DNA of 64,000 nucleotides, taken from assembly GCA_965216785.1 (NCBI GenBank), contig OZ244197.1, positions 1,056,001-1,120,000 on the forward strand, read 5' to 3'. The DNA comes from Thermodesulfobacteriota bacterium (GTDB taxonomy: Bacteria > Desulfobacterota_D > UBA1144 > Nemesobacterales > UBA2774). The notes beneath the pieces were generated by a model. That model saw only the letters and a program-made list of their open reading frames with translations. It made no database searches and was not told where the DNA came from. Numbering within the stretch: the first letter of the stretch is position 1; every line of letters begins with the position of its first letter. Below are positions 29,391 through 39,923 of this stretch, piece by piece. The translations under genes and the position numbers were made by a program.

Positions 29391-30854
29391 ATGGATTTAA
29401 GTGATGTTTTTAAAAGTACTCTGCTGATAGGGCCTGAGATTTCACTGATAGTAGCAGGGATAGTGCTCATCATTTTGGGCCCGATTTTAAAGAAGAAAGC
29501 CGGTATTTACGTGTTTGTACTGGCTCTGATCGGTTTAGGAATAGCTTTTGGCTTGAACATCGAGAGGTTCGGGACCGCGGAGCTAGCCTTTGGGGGCGCT
29601 CTCTCTCTCGATCAGTACGCAGCTTACTTTAACGTAATATTCCTTATAGGCGCTCTTGCCGCAGTAATATTTTCAAAAGATTATCTATCTGCTACAGATG
29701 AGTACGCAGCTGAGTTTTACGCCCTTATACTGTTCTCAACGTCGGGGATGATGATATTGTCGTCCGCAAAAGAGTTTATGTCTCTTTTTCTAGGGTTTGA
29801 GATAATGTCGATATCGGTTTACGTGCTTACGGCTTTTAACAGAAAGTCCGCGCGCTCTACGGAAGCCGGAATAAAGTATCTTGTACTGGGCGGGTTTTCC
29901 TCGGCGATACTGCTATACGGTATAGCGCTTCTTTACGGGGCTTCGGGCACGATATACCTTACTGAAATATTAAAGAGCTTCGATATGACTAACCCTCTGT
30001 ACATTGCGGGCGCTGCGCTCGTGCTGATAGGGTTTATATTCAAGATCGGCGCATTTCCCCTGCACCAATGGGTGCCTGATATCTATGAAGGGGCGCCTGT
30101 GAGCGTGACGGCGTTTATGTCGGTTGGTGTAAAGGCGGCTGCGTTCGCGATATTGCTGAGAGTGATTTTTGAGAGTTTCTATCCGATACAGGTGAGCTTT
30201 ATGCCGCTCCTTTGGGTCATTGCCATATTCACTATTATAGTTGGTAACGTGGCCGCTATCGTACAGAGCAGCGTAAAGAGAATGCTTGCCTATTCGAGTA
30301 TTGCCCACGCCGGCTACGCGCTAATAGGCGTAGTAGCGGCTTACGGCGGGCAGGTGCTGGCAGTAAGCAGCGTTATATATTATCTATTCGCTTATACGTT
30401 TATGAACCTCGGGGCTTTTGGCGTACTTACCTATTTGTCACGTGACGGAAAGGAGTGCGAGACGTTCGATGACCTCTCGGGACTCTGGAGTAAAAGGCCG
30501 TTCGTTGCGCTTGCGCTTGGTATTTTCATGTTCTCGCTTGCCGGTATACCTCCGACAATAGGGTTCTTCGCCAAATACAGAGTGTTTCTCTCTGCCGTGC
30601 AGGCCGAGTTTTACTGGCTTGCGGTAATCGGTATCGTAGGAAGCGTGATATCCGCCTACTATTATCTACGTGTTCTCGTATACGCATTTATGAGACCGGA
30701 GACAAGCCCGTTCCCAACGTTTAAGGCAGCCTCATCCATAGCTCTTATAGTACTTTCTGTCGCGACTGTGGCTCTTGGCATATTCCCCTTTGATTCCTGG
30801 GACTTAGCGCTTAAGGCCGCGGGCACCGTGCTTGCCGCCGCGCGTGGCGGGTAG
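29391..30854 (+). CDS. nuoN: NADH-quinone oxidoreductase subunit N
   Basis: EAGIKY, FKIGAFPLHQWVPDIYEGAP, KRMLAYSSIAHAGY, SLAGIPPTIGFFAK. Confidence 0.96.
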   Translation: MDLSDVFKSTLLIGPEISLIVAGIVLIILGPILKKKAGIYVFVLALIGLGIAFGLNIERFGTAELAFGGALSLDQYAAYFNVIFLIGALAAVIFSKDYLSATDEYAAEFYALILFSTSGMMILSSAKEFMSLFLGFEIMSISVYVLTAFNRKSARSTEAGIKYLVLGGFSSAILLYGIALLYGASGTIYLTEILKSFDMTNPLYIAGAALVLIGFIFKIGAFPLHQWVPDIYEGAPVSVTAFMSVGVKAAAFAILLRVIFESFYPIQVSFMPLLWVIAIFTIIVGNVAAIVQSSVKRMLAYSSIAHAGYALIGVVAAYGGQVLAVSSVIYYLFAYTFMNLGAFGVLTYLSRDGKECETFDDLSGLWSKRPFVALALGIFMFSLAGIPPTIGFFAKYRVFLSAVQAEFYWLAVIGIVGSVISAYYYLRVLVYAFMRPETSPFPTFKAASSIALIVLSVATVALGIFPFDSWDLALKAAGTVLAAARGG

Positions 30855-30942
30855 TATAGTCTTAGCGGTAATTCTCCGATAATTTAAACCCAACAATTTT
30901 GCATACTTAAACTGTATATTGTATAATTAGCTTTAACAATCC

Positions 30943-33240
30943 ATGGCTAAAAGAAAAAACCGCTCCACAAAAGAGTCTCCAAGTACCATAGCAAGGGAAA
31001 TATTGGCCGCATTTCTGTTCGCAGTAGGTCTATTTTCCGCACTCAGCCTAATATTTTACAGCTCGTCCTCGGGGCTTGACGTAAAAGGCGCTATGGGCAC
31101 TATCGGAGTGTTCATATCGGGAATGCTCGGTAAAGCGTTTGGCATATGCGCGCTCGTTGTGCCTTTTGTCCTTTTCTACACAGCGATAATTGTGTTTATG
31201 AATAAGAAGGGAAGCGGGATTTACAGAAAATCGATATCGGCTGTTATCTTCCTCGTATCCGTTATGACTTTCCTTGCTCTTATATTCGGGCAGGGGAGCT
31301 TTCTCGGTTACAGCCCTGCAGGCGGATGGGTGGGCGGCGCAATCGCCGAGACGCTCAGGGGCGGGGTCGCCGGGACCGTAGGGTCTTACTTAATTGTAAC
31401 CATATTACTTTTACTCAGTTTAATAATAATAACGAGCCTTACATTAACTCAAATTATAGGGACTTTAGGAAAAGGACTTATGTTTACTGCCGATAAAGCG
31501 TACGCGATCTCCAGGCTTCTTGTTATTAAAGGAAAAGAAGCAGCTATGGATTTGAAGAGTACAATCCAGGAGAGAAGGGCCAAGTCCGCGCTCGAGCCCG
31601 CGTATTCTTCGGCAAACGGATCTGCCGCCTTGAGAGAAGAGCAAGAGGGGACTGAAGAAATTATTAACCTCGTAGATGAGGTAAAAGATGACGGCGATCA
31701 GGATGAAGCAACACCTACCATACACCCGCAGATTGTAGTGGAGCATGAGGCTGAGAACGGCACTCTTGAATTCGAGCCGAAAAAGGAAGTCGTTTACAAG
31801 GACTATAAACTCCCTCCGTTTGATTTGATGGACGCCAAGGTGGAGACTGCGATAGAGGTCGACAGGGACGCGGTAATTGAAAAAGCAAAGCTCATTGAAG
31901 ACAAGCTCAAGGACTTTGGAGTATCGGGGAAAGTAACTGAGATAAGGCCCGGTCCTGTCATCACTATGTTTGAATACAAACCTGCCCCCGGAATTAAAAT
32001 AAATAAGATCGCCGCGCTTGAAAACGATCTTGCCATGGGGCTTAGCGCGTTCAGTATCAGGATAATCGCGCCTATACCCGGCAAGGACGTAATCGGCATA
32101 GAGGTGCCGAACGCGAAAAGAGAGCTGGTTGTCCTGCGGGAGCTTATCGAAGACCCCAAGTTTACGCAAAGTAAGTCAAAAATGACAATCGCCCTGGGTA
32201 AGGATATTTCCGGGCTCTCGTTTTACATGGACTTAAGAAAAGCGCCCCATCTTATGATAGCGGGTACCACGGGCTCGGGTAAGAGCGTGCTCTTAAACGC
32301 TGTGATCACGAGCATGCTGTATAAGGCGAGTCCCTATGAGCTGAAATTTATTATGATAGATCCGAAGATGCTGGAGCTATCTGTATATGAGGATATACCA
32401 CACCTGCTTCACCCTGTGGTTACGGAGCCCAAGAAAGCGGCAGCCGCGCTCAGGTGGGCTGTTGAGGAAATGGAAAACCGCTACAGGATTCTTTCCGAAG
32501 AGGGTGTTCGTGATATAGAGACGCATAATAAAAATGTGGAGAAGATGGATGTGGAAGACAAGCTGGACAGAATTCTTCCTTACATAGTAATAGTGCTTGA
32601 TGAGCTTGCGGACCTCATGATGATTGCTCCGAGCGAGATAAAGGAATCTATTACGAGGCTTTCCCAGAAGGCGCGCGCCGCGGGCATTCACCTGATAGTG
32701 GCGACTCAGCGTCCTTCTGCGGACATTGTAGCGGGCTTAATCAAGGCTAACTTCCCTGCGAGAATCTCATTTCTTGTCTCATCCAAAATTGACTCCCGCA
32801 TCATCCTCGACACCGGCGGGGCCGAAAGGCTGCTCGGCAAGGGGGATATGCTGTTCCTTGAGCCCGGGACATCAAAGCTCCTCAGGATTCAGGGGGCGCT
32901 TATTTCAGATGAGGAAAGAGAAGGGATTACGGAGTTCGTAAAATCTCAGGGATCTCCTCAGTACAATGCGGAGATCACTCACATTGAAGAGAAAGAGGGG
33001 GGGAGTGATCTTGATGAGGATAAGGACGAGCTATACTACCAAGCTTTAAGAACTATTGCCGAGACCAGGCAGGCATCTATATCTATGATTCAGCGTAAGC
33101 TTAAGATAGGTTATAATAGAGCAGCAAGGATTGTTGAGGTAATGGAGAAAGAGGGAGTTGTAGGACCTCAGGAGGTCGCTGGTAAGCCAAGAGAGGTTTA
33201 TATAGACTTAAGTCAGATAGAAGAGAGGCCGGAAAGTTGA
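30943..33240 (+). CDS. ftsK: DNA translocase FtsK
   Basis: 4TM N-terminus, GPVIT, AGTTGSGKS, DELADLM, ATQRPS, gamma domain QRKLKIGYNRAARI. Confidence 0.97.
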   Translation: MAKRKNRSTKESPSTIAREILAAFLFAVGLFSALSLIFYSSSSGLDVKGAMGTIGVFISGMLGKAFGICALVVPFVLFYTAIIVFMNKKGSGIYRKSISAVIFLVSVMTFLALIFGQGSFLGYSPAGGWVGGAIAETLRGGVAGTVGSYLIVTILLLLSLIIITSLTLTQIIGTLGKGLMFTADKAYAISRLLVIKGKEAAMDLKSTIQERRAKSALEPAYSSANGSAALREEQEGTEEIINLVDEVKDDGDQDEATPTIHPQIVVEHEAENGTLEFEPKKEVVYKDYKLPPFDLMDAKVETAIEVDRDAVIEKAKLIEDKLKDFGVSGKVTEIRPGPVITMFEYKPAPGIKINKIAALENDLAMGLSAFSIRIIAPIPGKDVIGIEVPNAKRELVVLRELIEDPKFTQSKSKMTIALGKDISGLSFYMDLRKAPHLMIAGTTGSGKSVLLNAVITSMLYKASPYELKFIMIDPKMLELSVYEDIPHLLHPVVTEPKKAAAALRWAVEEMENRYRILSEEGVRDIETHNKNVEKMDVEDKLDRILPYIVIVLDELADLMMIAPSEIKESITRLSQKARAAGIHLIVATQRPSADIVAGLIKANFPARISFLVSSKIDSRIILDTGGAERLLGKGDMLFLEPGTSKLLRIQGALISDEEREGITEFVKSQGSPQYNAEITHIEEKEGGSDLDEDKDELYYQALRTIAETRQASISMIQRKLKIGYNRAARIVEVMEKEGVVGPQEVAGKPREVYIDLSQIEERPES

Positions 33241-33914
33241 AAATTTTAACTTATATTACGATTGCAATTTTAATATCGTTTTCAAGCGTCCACTCCTCCG
33301 TTGCAGAGGAAATCGAAGCTGTGGTGGATAAGATCCAAAATAAATACGAGGAGATCACGGATTTCCATGCCAAGTTTACTCAGGAAGCCGCTGTGAAGGC
33401 GCTTGATAAGGTGCAGAAATCAGAGGGCGAAGTGTGGTTCAAGAAGCCCGGGAAAATGAGATGGAACTACTATACGCCAGAGAAAGATGAAATAGTCTCG
33501 GACGGTAGAACTTTATGGTTCTACGACGTTGCCGAGAAGCAGGTAATCGAGTCTCCGCTCGCTCAGGTCTCCGACACTCAAAATACCACTTCTCTTCTTT
33601 CAGGGCTCGGGAATATTAAAGAGGTCTTTAACGCGAGCTTTGCGGATGCGGCGGAGCTCAGCAGTAACGGCAACTATATGATAGAGCTAAAACCTAAAAG
33701 CGAAGAGGAGCAGTATAATAAGGCCATAGTAGCATTTGATCAAAACACTATGGTTATAAAATCTATATACCTCTACGACCCGTTTGGAAATTTAACCACT
33801 ATCTCCCTGACAGATATCAAGATTGACAACGGGGTTCAGGACTCACTTTTCAGCTTCACAGTTCCAAGCGGCGTTGAGGTAGTCAGGCCGCCTTCGTCCG
33901 TCAGCCCCCAGTAA
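33237..33914 (+). CDS. lolA: Outer membrane lipoprotein carrier LolA
   Basis: AKFTQ, KKPGKMRWNY, IVSDG, FSFTVPSGVEV; follows ftsK. Confidence 0.9.
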   Translation: MKILTYITIAILISFSSVHSSVAEEIEAVVDKIQNKYEEITDFHAKFTQEAAVKALDKVQKSEGEVWFKKPGKMRWNYYTPEKDEIVSDGRTLWFYDVAEKQVIESPLAQVSDTQNTTSLLSGLGNIKEVFNASFADAAELSSNGNYMIELKPKSEEEQYNKAIVAFDQNTMVIKSIYLYDPFGNLTTISLTDIKIDNGVQDSLFSFTVPSGVEVVRPPSSVSPQ

Positions 33915-33954
33915 AGTACAAGATGTCCGCAGCAATACAAGGAGGGAAGTCTCA

Positions 33955-34287
33955 ATGAAATATTTCTCTTTAAGCTTAATATCAATATTGCTGGTTTCAG
34001 TAGTAATTCTTGATATTTGTTATGCAAATCCCGAGAATAGCTTTACAGAGACCGAGCTTCAGGAGCGCTTCGCAAGCTCAGTACAGTCTATGCCGGAGGT
34101 AATTCAGGCCTCCTGGCAGTCTAAGCTCGATCTATGGGTATACGCGGACGGCGTAAGTAAAGAAGGCGCGCAGGAGCTTGCCCAAAAGGTCGTAATGCTT
34201 TCTCAAACAGAGTACGGGCAGGGACTCTGCGTGCATGTTCATAACGGGAACTACGAGCCCATTGCCAATAAATGCTCATCCCCTTGA
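33955..34287 (+). CDS. Secreted hypothetical protein
   Basis: Signal peptide, AGGAGG SD, 110 aa. Confidence 0.75.
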   Translation: MKYFSLSLISILLVSVVILDICYANPENSFTETELQERFASSVQSMPEVIQASWQSKLDLWVYADGVSKEGAQELAQKVVMLSQTEYGQGLCVHVHNGNYEPIANKCSSP

Positions 34288-34404
34288 ACGTGACTTCCCC
34301 TCAAACTTTCCAACTAGTCAGAAATACTGTAGATATAAGTTTTAAGTGATATTTAAACTGCGGATATATAAAGCTATGTTTTTGAATGTGGATGAAGGTT
34401 TTGG

Positions 34405-35634
34405 CTACCTGTCTATCTCGCCGAGAACGATGTCGAGGCTTCCGATAGCGGCAATCACGTCCGCTACCAGGCTTCCCTGAACCATCTGCGACAGAGCCTG
34501 CATGTTTACGAATGAAGGCCCCCGCACGCGCATCCTGTAGGGTTTTCCGGTGCCGTCACTGACCAGATAGTAGGAAAGCTCACCTTTAGGGTTTTCGACC
34601 GCGTGCTGCACCTCACCCGCAGGGGGTTTGAATCCCTCGTATACAATAACGAAGTGCCTGATCAAAGACTCCATTTTTGTATAGGTAAGCTCTTTTTCCG
34701 GGAGCACTATGTCGGGAAGATCGGCAATATAGGGGCCGTCGGGAAGGTTTGCTAAGGCCTGTTCGATTATCTTAAGGCTCTGGTGCATTTCCTCGAGTCT
34801 GCAGAGGTAACGAGCGTATGCGTCCCCTTCGTTTGCCACTGGTACCTCGAAGTCGTAGTTCTCATACCCAAGATACGGCATCGCCTTCCTTACGTCATAG
34901 GGAACGCCGCTTCCTCTGAGCGCGGGTCCTGTGAGTCCGAGACTTACCGCGTCTTCAGCGCTAATAACAGCGACATCCCTGGTGCGCTCTATCCATATCT
35001 TGTTCCTCGTCAGAAGCTTGTCCACCTCTGTTAAAGTCTCGGGGAATACTTTGAGGAAATTTCCGACTACTTCTTCAAAATTTTCCGGCAGGTCGAGCGG
35101 CAGCCCTCCTACCCTGGGATAAGAAGTCGTAAGCCTCGCTCCGCATACGGTTTCCAGTATGTCGTAAATCCTCTCTCTTTCTTTAAAACAGTAGAGAAAA
35201 GCGCTCATAGCGCCGAGGTCAAGAGCGTTTGTACCTATTCCTACTAGGTGTGATTCAATGCGCCCGAGCTCAAACAGTATTACTTCAGCGAATTTCGCGC
35301 GCTCGGGGATTTCGTCCTCTATACCAAGTAGCTTCTCAACGCTCAGAATGTATCCGATGTTATTGCAAATAGAGGCCAGGTAATCCATCCTGTCGGTATA
35401 GGGGATGCACTGCTGGTACGTAATGTGCTCACAAAGCTTCTCAATGCCCCGGTGGAGGTACCCGATGTAGGGCACTGCTTTTACCACCACCTCGCCGTCC
35501 AGATGAAGCACGACCCTGAGCACGCCGTGTGTAGCCGGGTGCTGCGGGCCCATGTTGAGCATCATGGTCTCCGTGCGCTCGCCTGTTTCAGGATTATGGG
35601 TTGCTTCAGCGGATATAAATTCGACTCTTTCCAT
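34405..35634 (-). CDS. nuoD: NADH-quinone oxidoreductase subunit D
   Basis: NMGPQHPATHGVLR, GYLHRG.EK, DRMDY, ENPKGEL, DIVLGEIDR. Confidence 0.97.
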   Translation of the reverse strand: MERVEFISAEATHNPETGERTETMMLNMGPQHPATHGVLRVVLHLDGEVVVKAVPYIGYLHRGIEKLCEHITYQQCIPYTDRMDYLASICNNIGYILSVEKLLGIEDEIPERAKFAEVILFELGRIESHLVGIGTNALDLGAMSAFLYCFKERERIYDILETVCGARLTTSYPRVGGLPLDLPENFEEVVGNFLKVFPETLTEVDKLLTRNKIWIERTRDVAVISAEDAVSLGLTGPALRGSGVPYDVRKAMPYLGYENYDFEVPVANEGDAYARYLCRLEEMHQSLKIIEQALANLPDGPYIADLPDIVLPEKELTYTKMESLIRHFVIVYEGFKPPAGEVQHAVENPKGELSYYLVSDGTGKPYRMRVRGPSFVNMQALSQMVQGSLVADVIAAIGSLDIVLGEIDR

Positions 35635-36155
35635 TACTCAGGTCCCTGCTCAAGCTCTTTTTTAAATGATTCTTTTGAAGCCTCACGGTCCCTTACATCG
35701 AAGTCTTTTCTTAAAGGATAGGGGCCGTAGTCCTCCGGCATGAGGATCCTTCTTAGATCGGGGTGACCTCTAAACTCGATCCCGAACATATCGTATACCT
35801 CTCTCTCAAGCCAGTCGGCTCCGCTCCAGATTGGCGTCAGTGATTGTATACTCAAGTCTTTTTCTGAAACCTCGGTCTTAATTCTGATACGAACGTTTTC
35901 CTCGCAGTCCGCTCCGAACCGGTGAATGTGGTAGACGACTTCGTAGCGGGGGGATTTAACCTCCAGATAGTCAACCGCGGTGAGATCTGCCAGGAAAGTG
36001 AATTCTAACTTGTCTTTAAGGAAACTGAATATACTACGCAGCTTATCTTTAGAAATAAGTATGGTCGTTTCCCCGCGGTACTCCTTTACGTCGAGAATGC
36101 TTTGGGGAAATTCGCTGTTTAGAGCATCAAGCGCCTGGGCAAAATCAAAACTCAT
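35634..36155 (-). CDS. nuoC: NADH-quinone oxidoreductase subunit C
   Basis: [38 protein letters not shown]. Confidence 0.97.
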   Translation of the reverse strand: MSFDFAQALDALNSEFPQSILDVKEYRGETTILISKDKLRSIFSFLKDKLEFTFLADLTAVDYLEVKSPRYEVVYHIHRFGADCEENVRIRIKTEVSEKDLSIQSLTPIWSGADWLEREVYDMFGIEFRGHPDLRRILMPEDYGPYPLRKDFDVRDREASKESFKKELEQGPE

Positions 36156-36637
36156 AAAATCGGGGCCCCTTCCATTTCTATCTTCTTCTGGATTTTCATA
36201 ACGGCGTCAATGACAGCTTCTGGTCTGGGGGGGCATCCGCCTACGTACACGTCGACCGGAAGGAATTCGTCAATTCCCTGCACTACTGCGTAGCTGTCAA
36301 ATGGGCCACCTCCGCATGTGCAAGAGCCCATTGCGATTACCCACTTGGGCTCGGGCATCTGATCGTAGATTCGTCTGCAAACTGAGGCCATTTTGTATGT
36401 AATAGTGCCTGATACTAACATGAGGTCTGCCTGCCTCGGTGAGAACCTGGCTACTTCAGCGCCGAAGCGGGACAAATCGTAGCGAGACGCGAATACAGCC
36501 ATCATTTCGATTGCGCAGCATGCCGTACCGAAAGGCATTGGCCAGAGGCTGTTTTTCCTTCCCCAGTTGGCCAAAGATTCTACTGTTGTAGTAATAAACC
36601 CGTCTCCGCCTAGCGAAGGGCTTGAATTTACTCCCAT
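36152..36637 (-). CDS. nuoB: NADH-quinone oxidoreductase subunit B
   Basis: [36 protein letters not shown]. Confidence 0.97.
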   Translation of the reverse strand: MGVNSSPSLGGDGFITTTVESLANWGRKNSLWPMPFGTACCAIEMMAVFASRYDLSRFGAEVARFSPRQADLMLVSGTITYKMASVCRRIYDQMPEPKWVIAMGSCTCGGGPFDSYAVVQGIDEFLPVDVYVGGCPPRPEAVIDAVMKIQKKIEMEGAPIL

Positions 36638-36984
36638 TCGAGCGCTCCCTTTTTAACTACGTAAAAGTATCCGCCCAATATAACTATTAAAAATACTATG
36701 ATTTCTATAAAAGCCAGCATCCCGAGATCTTTAAATACAACGGCCCAGGCAAATAGGAACACAGCTTCGACATCAAAAAGGATGAAGAGAGCCCCCACCA
36801 GATAGTAATTTATAGAGAACTTTCCTCTGGTGTCTCCTGTGGGCGGTATACCCGACTCATAGGGCGAAAGCTTGCCCTTTGCCCTGCGTTTTGGTCCCAA
36901 TACAGAGGACAATCCGAGCATTGCCGCTGCAAGTCCGATGGATAGAATTAATATGAGTAAAATCGGGATATATTGATTGAGCAC
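36628..36984 (-). CDS. nuoA: NADH-quinone oxidoreductase subunit A
   Basis: PYESG, FILFDVE, KGALEW. Confidence 0.97.
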   Translation of the reverse strand: MLNQYIPILLILILSIGLAAAMLGLSSVLGPKRRAKGKLSPYESGIPPTGDTRGKFSINYYLVGALFILFDVEAVFLFAWAVVFKDLGMLAFIEIIVFLIVILGGYFYVVKKGALEWE

Positions 36985-37123
36985 AGCATTATGTTAAGTG
37001 CTCTGAATAAATTGTCAAGATCGTCTAAATAAGCACAGCCGCGCCCGCATTGTATCTTGAAACAAGAGTGCTTTTCGTAATCTATGTGTTAGAATTTAGC
37101 TAAAATTTCTGAGGAGGCGCAAA

Positions 37124-37945
37124 ATGCTTAGAACTACTATGGCATTAATATTGGCGGTATTTTTCGCGGCAAATTCATACGGGGATGTGATGTTTGATAT
37201 GGACCAGAAAGACCCTGGCAATGAGAACACAGGAAGGTCCGAAGGCAAAGTAAAGGGTAAAAACATTAGACTCGATTATTATGAGAAAGGGGACGTAATT
37301 GACGGCTCAATGGTTTTCAGGGGCGATCAGGACAAGATGATAATGATTAACCATGAGGAAAAGACCTATATAGTGCTCGATGAGGCTGCAATGGAGGCAC
37401 TGGGAACCAGAATGGATCAGGTAATGAATGAGATGGAAGAGGCTCTTAAAGACGTGCCTCCGGAAAAAAGGGATATGGTCAGGAAGATGATGAAGGAGAG
37501 AATGCCCGGGATGGCTGGGGACGAAGAGGAAGAGCCGCAGATAAAGAAAGTAGGCAGCGGCAAAGTAGGCACATATGACTGCACAAAGTACGATGTTTAT
37601 AAGGGTGAGGTAAAGATTATGCAGCACTGCGTTGCGCCTTGGTCCAAGATTAAGGGAGGGGATGAAATGAAAAGCGCGATGCTCGCTATGGGGGATTTTA
37701 TGGACCAAATGGCGGAGAAGTTCTCCAGCTCCAGCAGTTTCGCGGGACCCGGGGTTCAGAGTGAAAGGAATATGTTCAAGCAGCTCCGTAAGCTCGATGG
37801 TTTCCCGGTACAGACCATCATGTATCAGCAAGATGAGGTGATCGGGGAATCAAGTCTGGTTTCATCAAAAGAGGAAACGGTGGATCCGGATGCATTCGAG
37901 CCGCCTGCGGGATACAGCCTCCAGACTTTTGATATGGGACAATAG
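37124..37945 (+). CDS. Secreted protein, DUF4412-like
   Basis: Signal peptide, Met-rich helices, KVGTYDCTKY, GFP, C-terminal FEPPAGY. Confidence 0.7.
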   Translation: MLRTTMALILAVFFAANSYGDVMFDMDQKDPGNENTGRSEGKVKGKNIRLDYYEKGDVIDGSMVFRGDQDKMIMINHEEKTYIVLDEAAMEALGTRMDQVMNEMEEALKDVPPEKRDMVRKMMKERMPGMAGDEEEEPQIKKVGSGKVGTYDCTKYDVYKGEVKIMQHCVAPWSKIKGGDEMKSAMLAMGDFMDQMAEKFSSSSSFAGPGVQSERNMFKQLRKLDGFPVQTIMYQQDEVIGESSLVSSKEETVDPDAFEPPAGYSLQTFDMGQ

Positions 37946-37980
37946 TTATATTCTGTAAAGGGGATACAAGGAGAGAAAGA

Positions 37981-38343
37981 ATGTACGGAATTGGAAAATA
38001 TGTGTTTGTGCTTATTTTAATATCGTTTTCGGTTTTGCCCCTGGACAGCGCTTTTGCCGGAAAATCCACCTGTGATTTTCATCACACGGAATGTTTTACA
38101 GAGGAAGGTTATATCGCATGCCTTAAAAGGGTGGATATTGAGAAGTACTATGAGTTTCTTGACAAAGGTGAAGCTGAGCTCGCAAAGCAGCTTAGGGACG
38201 ACCCTAAGCTCTGTAAGGTGCTGAGAGCAAATAAAAAAGCGTTTATGGTCGACAAGAGCGCAGGTTTTGTGAAATTCGGCATCAGGGGAGAAAATGTTAC
38301 CTATTGGGCGAAAAGAGAGGCGCTCTTTACAAGGTCCAGGTAG
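37981..38343 (+). CDS. Secreted hypothetical protein
   Basis: AGGAG SD, signal peptide (...SAFA), 4 Cys. Confidence 0.75.
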   Translation: MYGIGKYVFVLILISFSVLPLDSAFAGKSTCDFHHTECFTEEGYIACLKRVDIEKYYEFLDKGEAELAKQLRDDPKLCKVLRANKKAFMVDKSAGFVKFGIRGENVTYWAKREALFTRSR

Positions 38344-38439
38344 CATTAGTTTCAGGTTTAATGAGATATATATTCTCCTATTTGACGCATCCCCGCTTGG
38401 TTTAAATTTATCATTGATTATGGGAGCAGGTGACACGAA

Positions 38440-39162
38440 TTGAGGGTTAGACTGAATAGATACCTGTCTCAGTGCGGAGCGGCATCGAGGCGGAAAGCGG
38501 ACGAGCTGATAAAGAGCGGGCAAGTGAGTGTTAACGGAGAAAAGCTCAATGAGCTCGGCGTCACAATCGATACGGAAAAAGATACGGTCGAGCTTGAGGG
38601 CAGGGTTATAAAGCCTGAAAGAAAGAGGTACTTGATCCTCAACAAGCCAAAGCTCTTTATTACGGCACTTGGGGAAGGGGATGACGATAAAAACACTATA
38701 CAGGAGCTGATAGAAGATATACCCGAGAGGGTTTATCCGGTGGGGCGGCTCGATTATGATGTGGAAGGGCTTTTGATATTGACTAACGACGGTGAGCTTG
38801 CAAACAGGATTCACCATCCCCGATATGAGCTTTCAAAACTATATCGTGCTGTCGTAAAGGGGAAAATCACAACAGAGAAAACGCTCAGAATGAGTGAGGG
38901 TACAGAGCTTGAGGACGGTTTCGTGAAACCGGATTCAATTAAGATTATAAAGAGTGAGAGCGAATTGAGCACGGTGGAAATCGCTTTTCACGAGGGCAGG
39001 AACCACCTGGTCAAGAGGTTTTTTGAAGAGTTCGGGCACGCTGTGCAAAAGCTTCAGAGGATATCCGTAGGGCCGATAAGCCTGGGCGGGCTTCAAAGGG
39101 GGAAGTGGAGAGAGCTTAAAGCTCACGAGTTAGCGAGGCTAAATCAGGCGCTGGGGCTATAA
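38440..39162 (+). CDS. rluB: rRNA pseudouridine synthase (RluB/RsuA family)
   Basis: S4 domain RLNRYL...SRRKAD, VGRLDYDVEGLLILTNDG, EGRN. Confidence 0.9.
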   Translation: MRVRLNRYLSQCGAASRRKADELIKSGQVSVNGEKLNELGVTIDTEKDTVELEGRVIKPERKRYLILNKPKLFITALGEGDDDKNTIQELIEDIPERVYPVGRLDYDVEGLLILTNDGELANRIHHPRYELSKLYRAVVKGKITTEKTLRMSEGTELEDGFVKPDSIKIIKSESELSTVEIAFHEGRNHLVKRFFEEFGHAVQKLQRISVGPISLGGLQRGKWRELKAHELARLNQALGL

Positions 39163-39278
39163 TCCCGGACATTTCTCGCGCAATTTTCTAATGGGGCTTG
39201 TCGGGACCCGCTCTTGAGTCCGCACCCTTCACACGGTATCATAACCGCTCATAATCCAGAGGCCGGGAATTTCTTGAT

Positions 39279-39890
39279 ATGTTTATTACATTTGAAGGTA
39301 TAGAAGGGTGCGGTAAGAGCACACAGGCAAAGCTGCTTCACGAATTTCTTGAAGCGCAAGGGCACGATGCCGTATTGACCAGAGAACCCGGATGGGGACC
39401 CCTGGGAGAGCTGATAAGGACCCTGATTCTGGACGAAAGAAAGCTCGAGCTGGACCCTGTTTCAGAGCTTTGCCTCTTTTGCGCGGACAGGGCTCAGCAC
39501 GTAAAAGACTTTATACTACCCTCACTTAAGGACGGGAAGATAGTTATCTGTGACAGATATTATGATTCTACGGTTGTGTATCAGGGCTATGGTAGAAAGC
39601 TCGACATGGGCTTTGTTAATAAAGCCGCTATGGCCTCTACTTTGGGGACGGTTCCAGAGCTTACGTTTCTCCTGAACCTACCGGTAAGGAAAGGACTTTT
39701 GAGACTTAAGGGAAGAGAGGAAGTTACAAAAATGGACGAAGAGCCGCTTGAGTTTCACGAGTTGATACGGCAAGGCTATATGGTGCTTGCAAGACGCGAG
39801 CCCGAGAGGATAATTAAAATAAACGCTGACCGCGGAGTAGAGGACATTCACGGGGATATTAAAACTATAGTGCTCTCCGGCCTCAGCTAG
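39279..39890 (+). CDS. tmk: Thymidylate kinase
   Basis: FITFEGIEGCGKST, TREPG, CDRY...YQG. Confidence 0.97.
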   Translation: MFITFEGIEGCGKSTQAKLLHEFLEAQGHDAVLTREPGWGPLGELIRTLILDERKLELDPVSELCLFCADRAQHVKDFILPSLKDGKIVICDRYYDSTVVYQGYGRKLDMGFVNKAAMASTLGTVPELTFLLNLPVRKGLLRLKGREEVTKMDEEPLEFHELIRQGYMVLARREPERIIKINADRGVEDIHGDIKTIVLSGLS

Positions 39891-39923
39891 CTAGTAAAAA
39901 AACGGTCATGCTTAATAAAATCC

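Noticed and set aside
30843-30854. NuoN ends in Gly-Gly right after the MoeB/JAMM operon
   Set aside because: It is a polytopic membrane subunit, not a beta-grasp carrier; most likely coincidence.
31465-32169. 234-aa minus-strand ORF
   Set aside because: Antisense shadow inside ftsK with no recognisable motifs.
38017-38817. 266-aa minus-strand ORF
   Set aside because: Antisense to rluB and the upstream secreted-protein gene; composition typical of a shadow frame.
38916-38931. Palindrome CGGTTTCGTGAAACCG resembling parS
   Set aside because: The core is two bases shorter than the parS consensus and lies within rluB codons.
39177-39187. CGCGCAATTTT copy resembling the pilin enhancer repeat
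   Set aside because: Single copy with no -24/-12 promoter downstream; compatible with chance.
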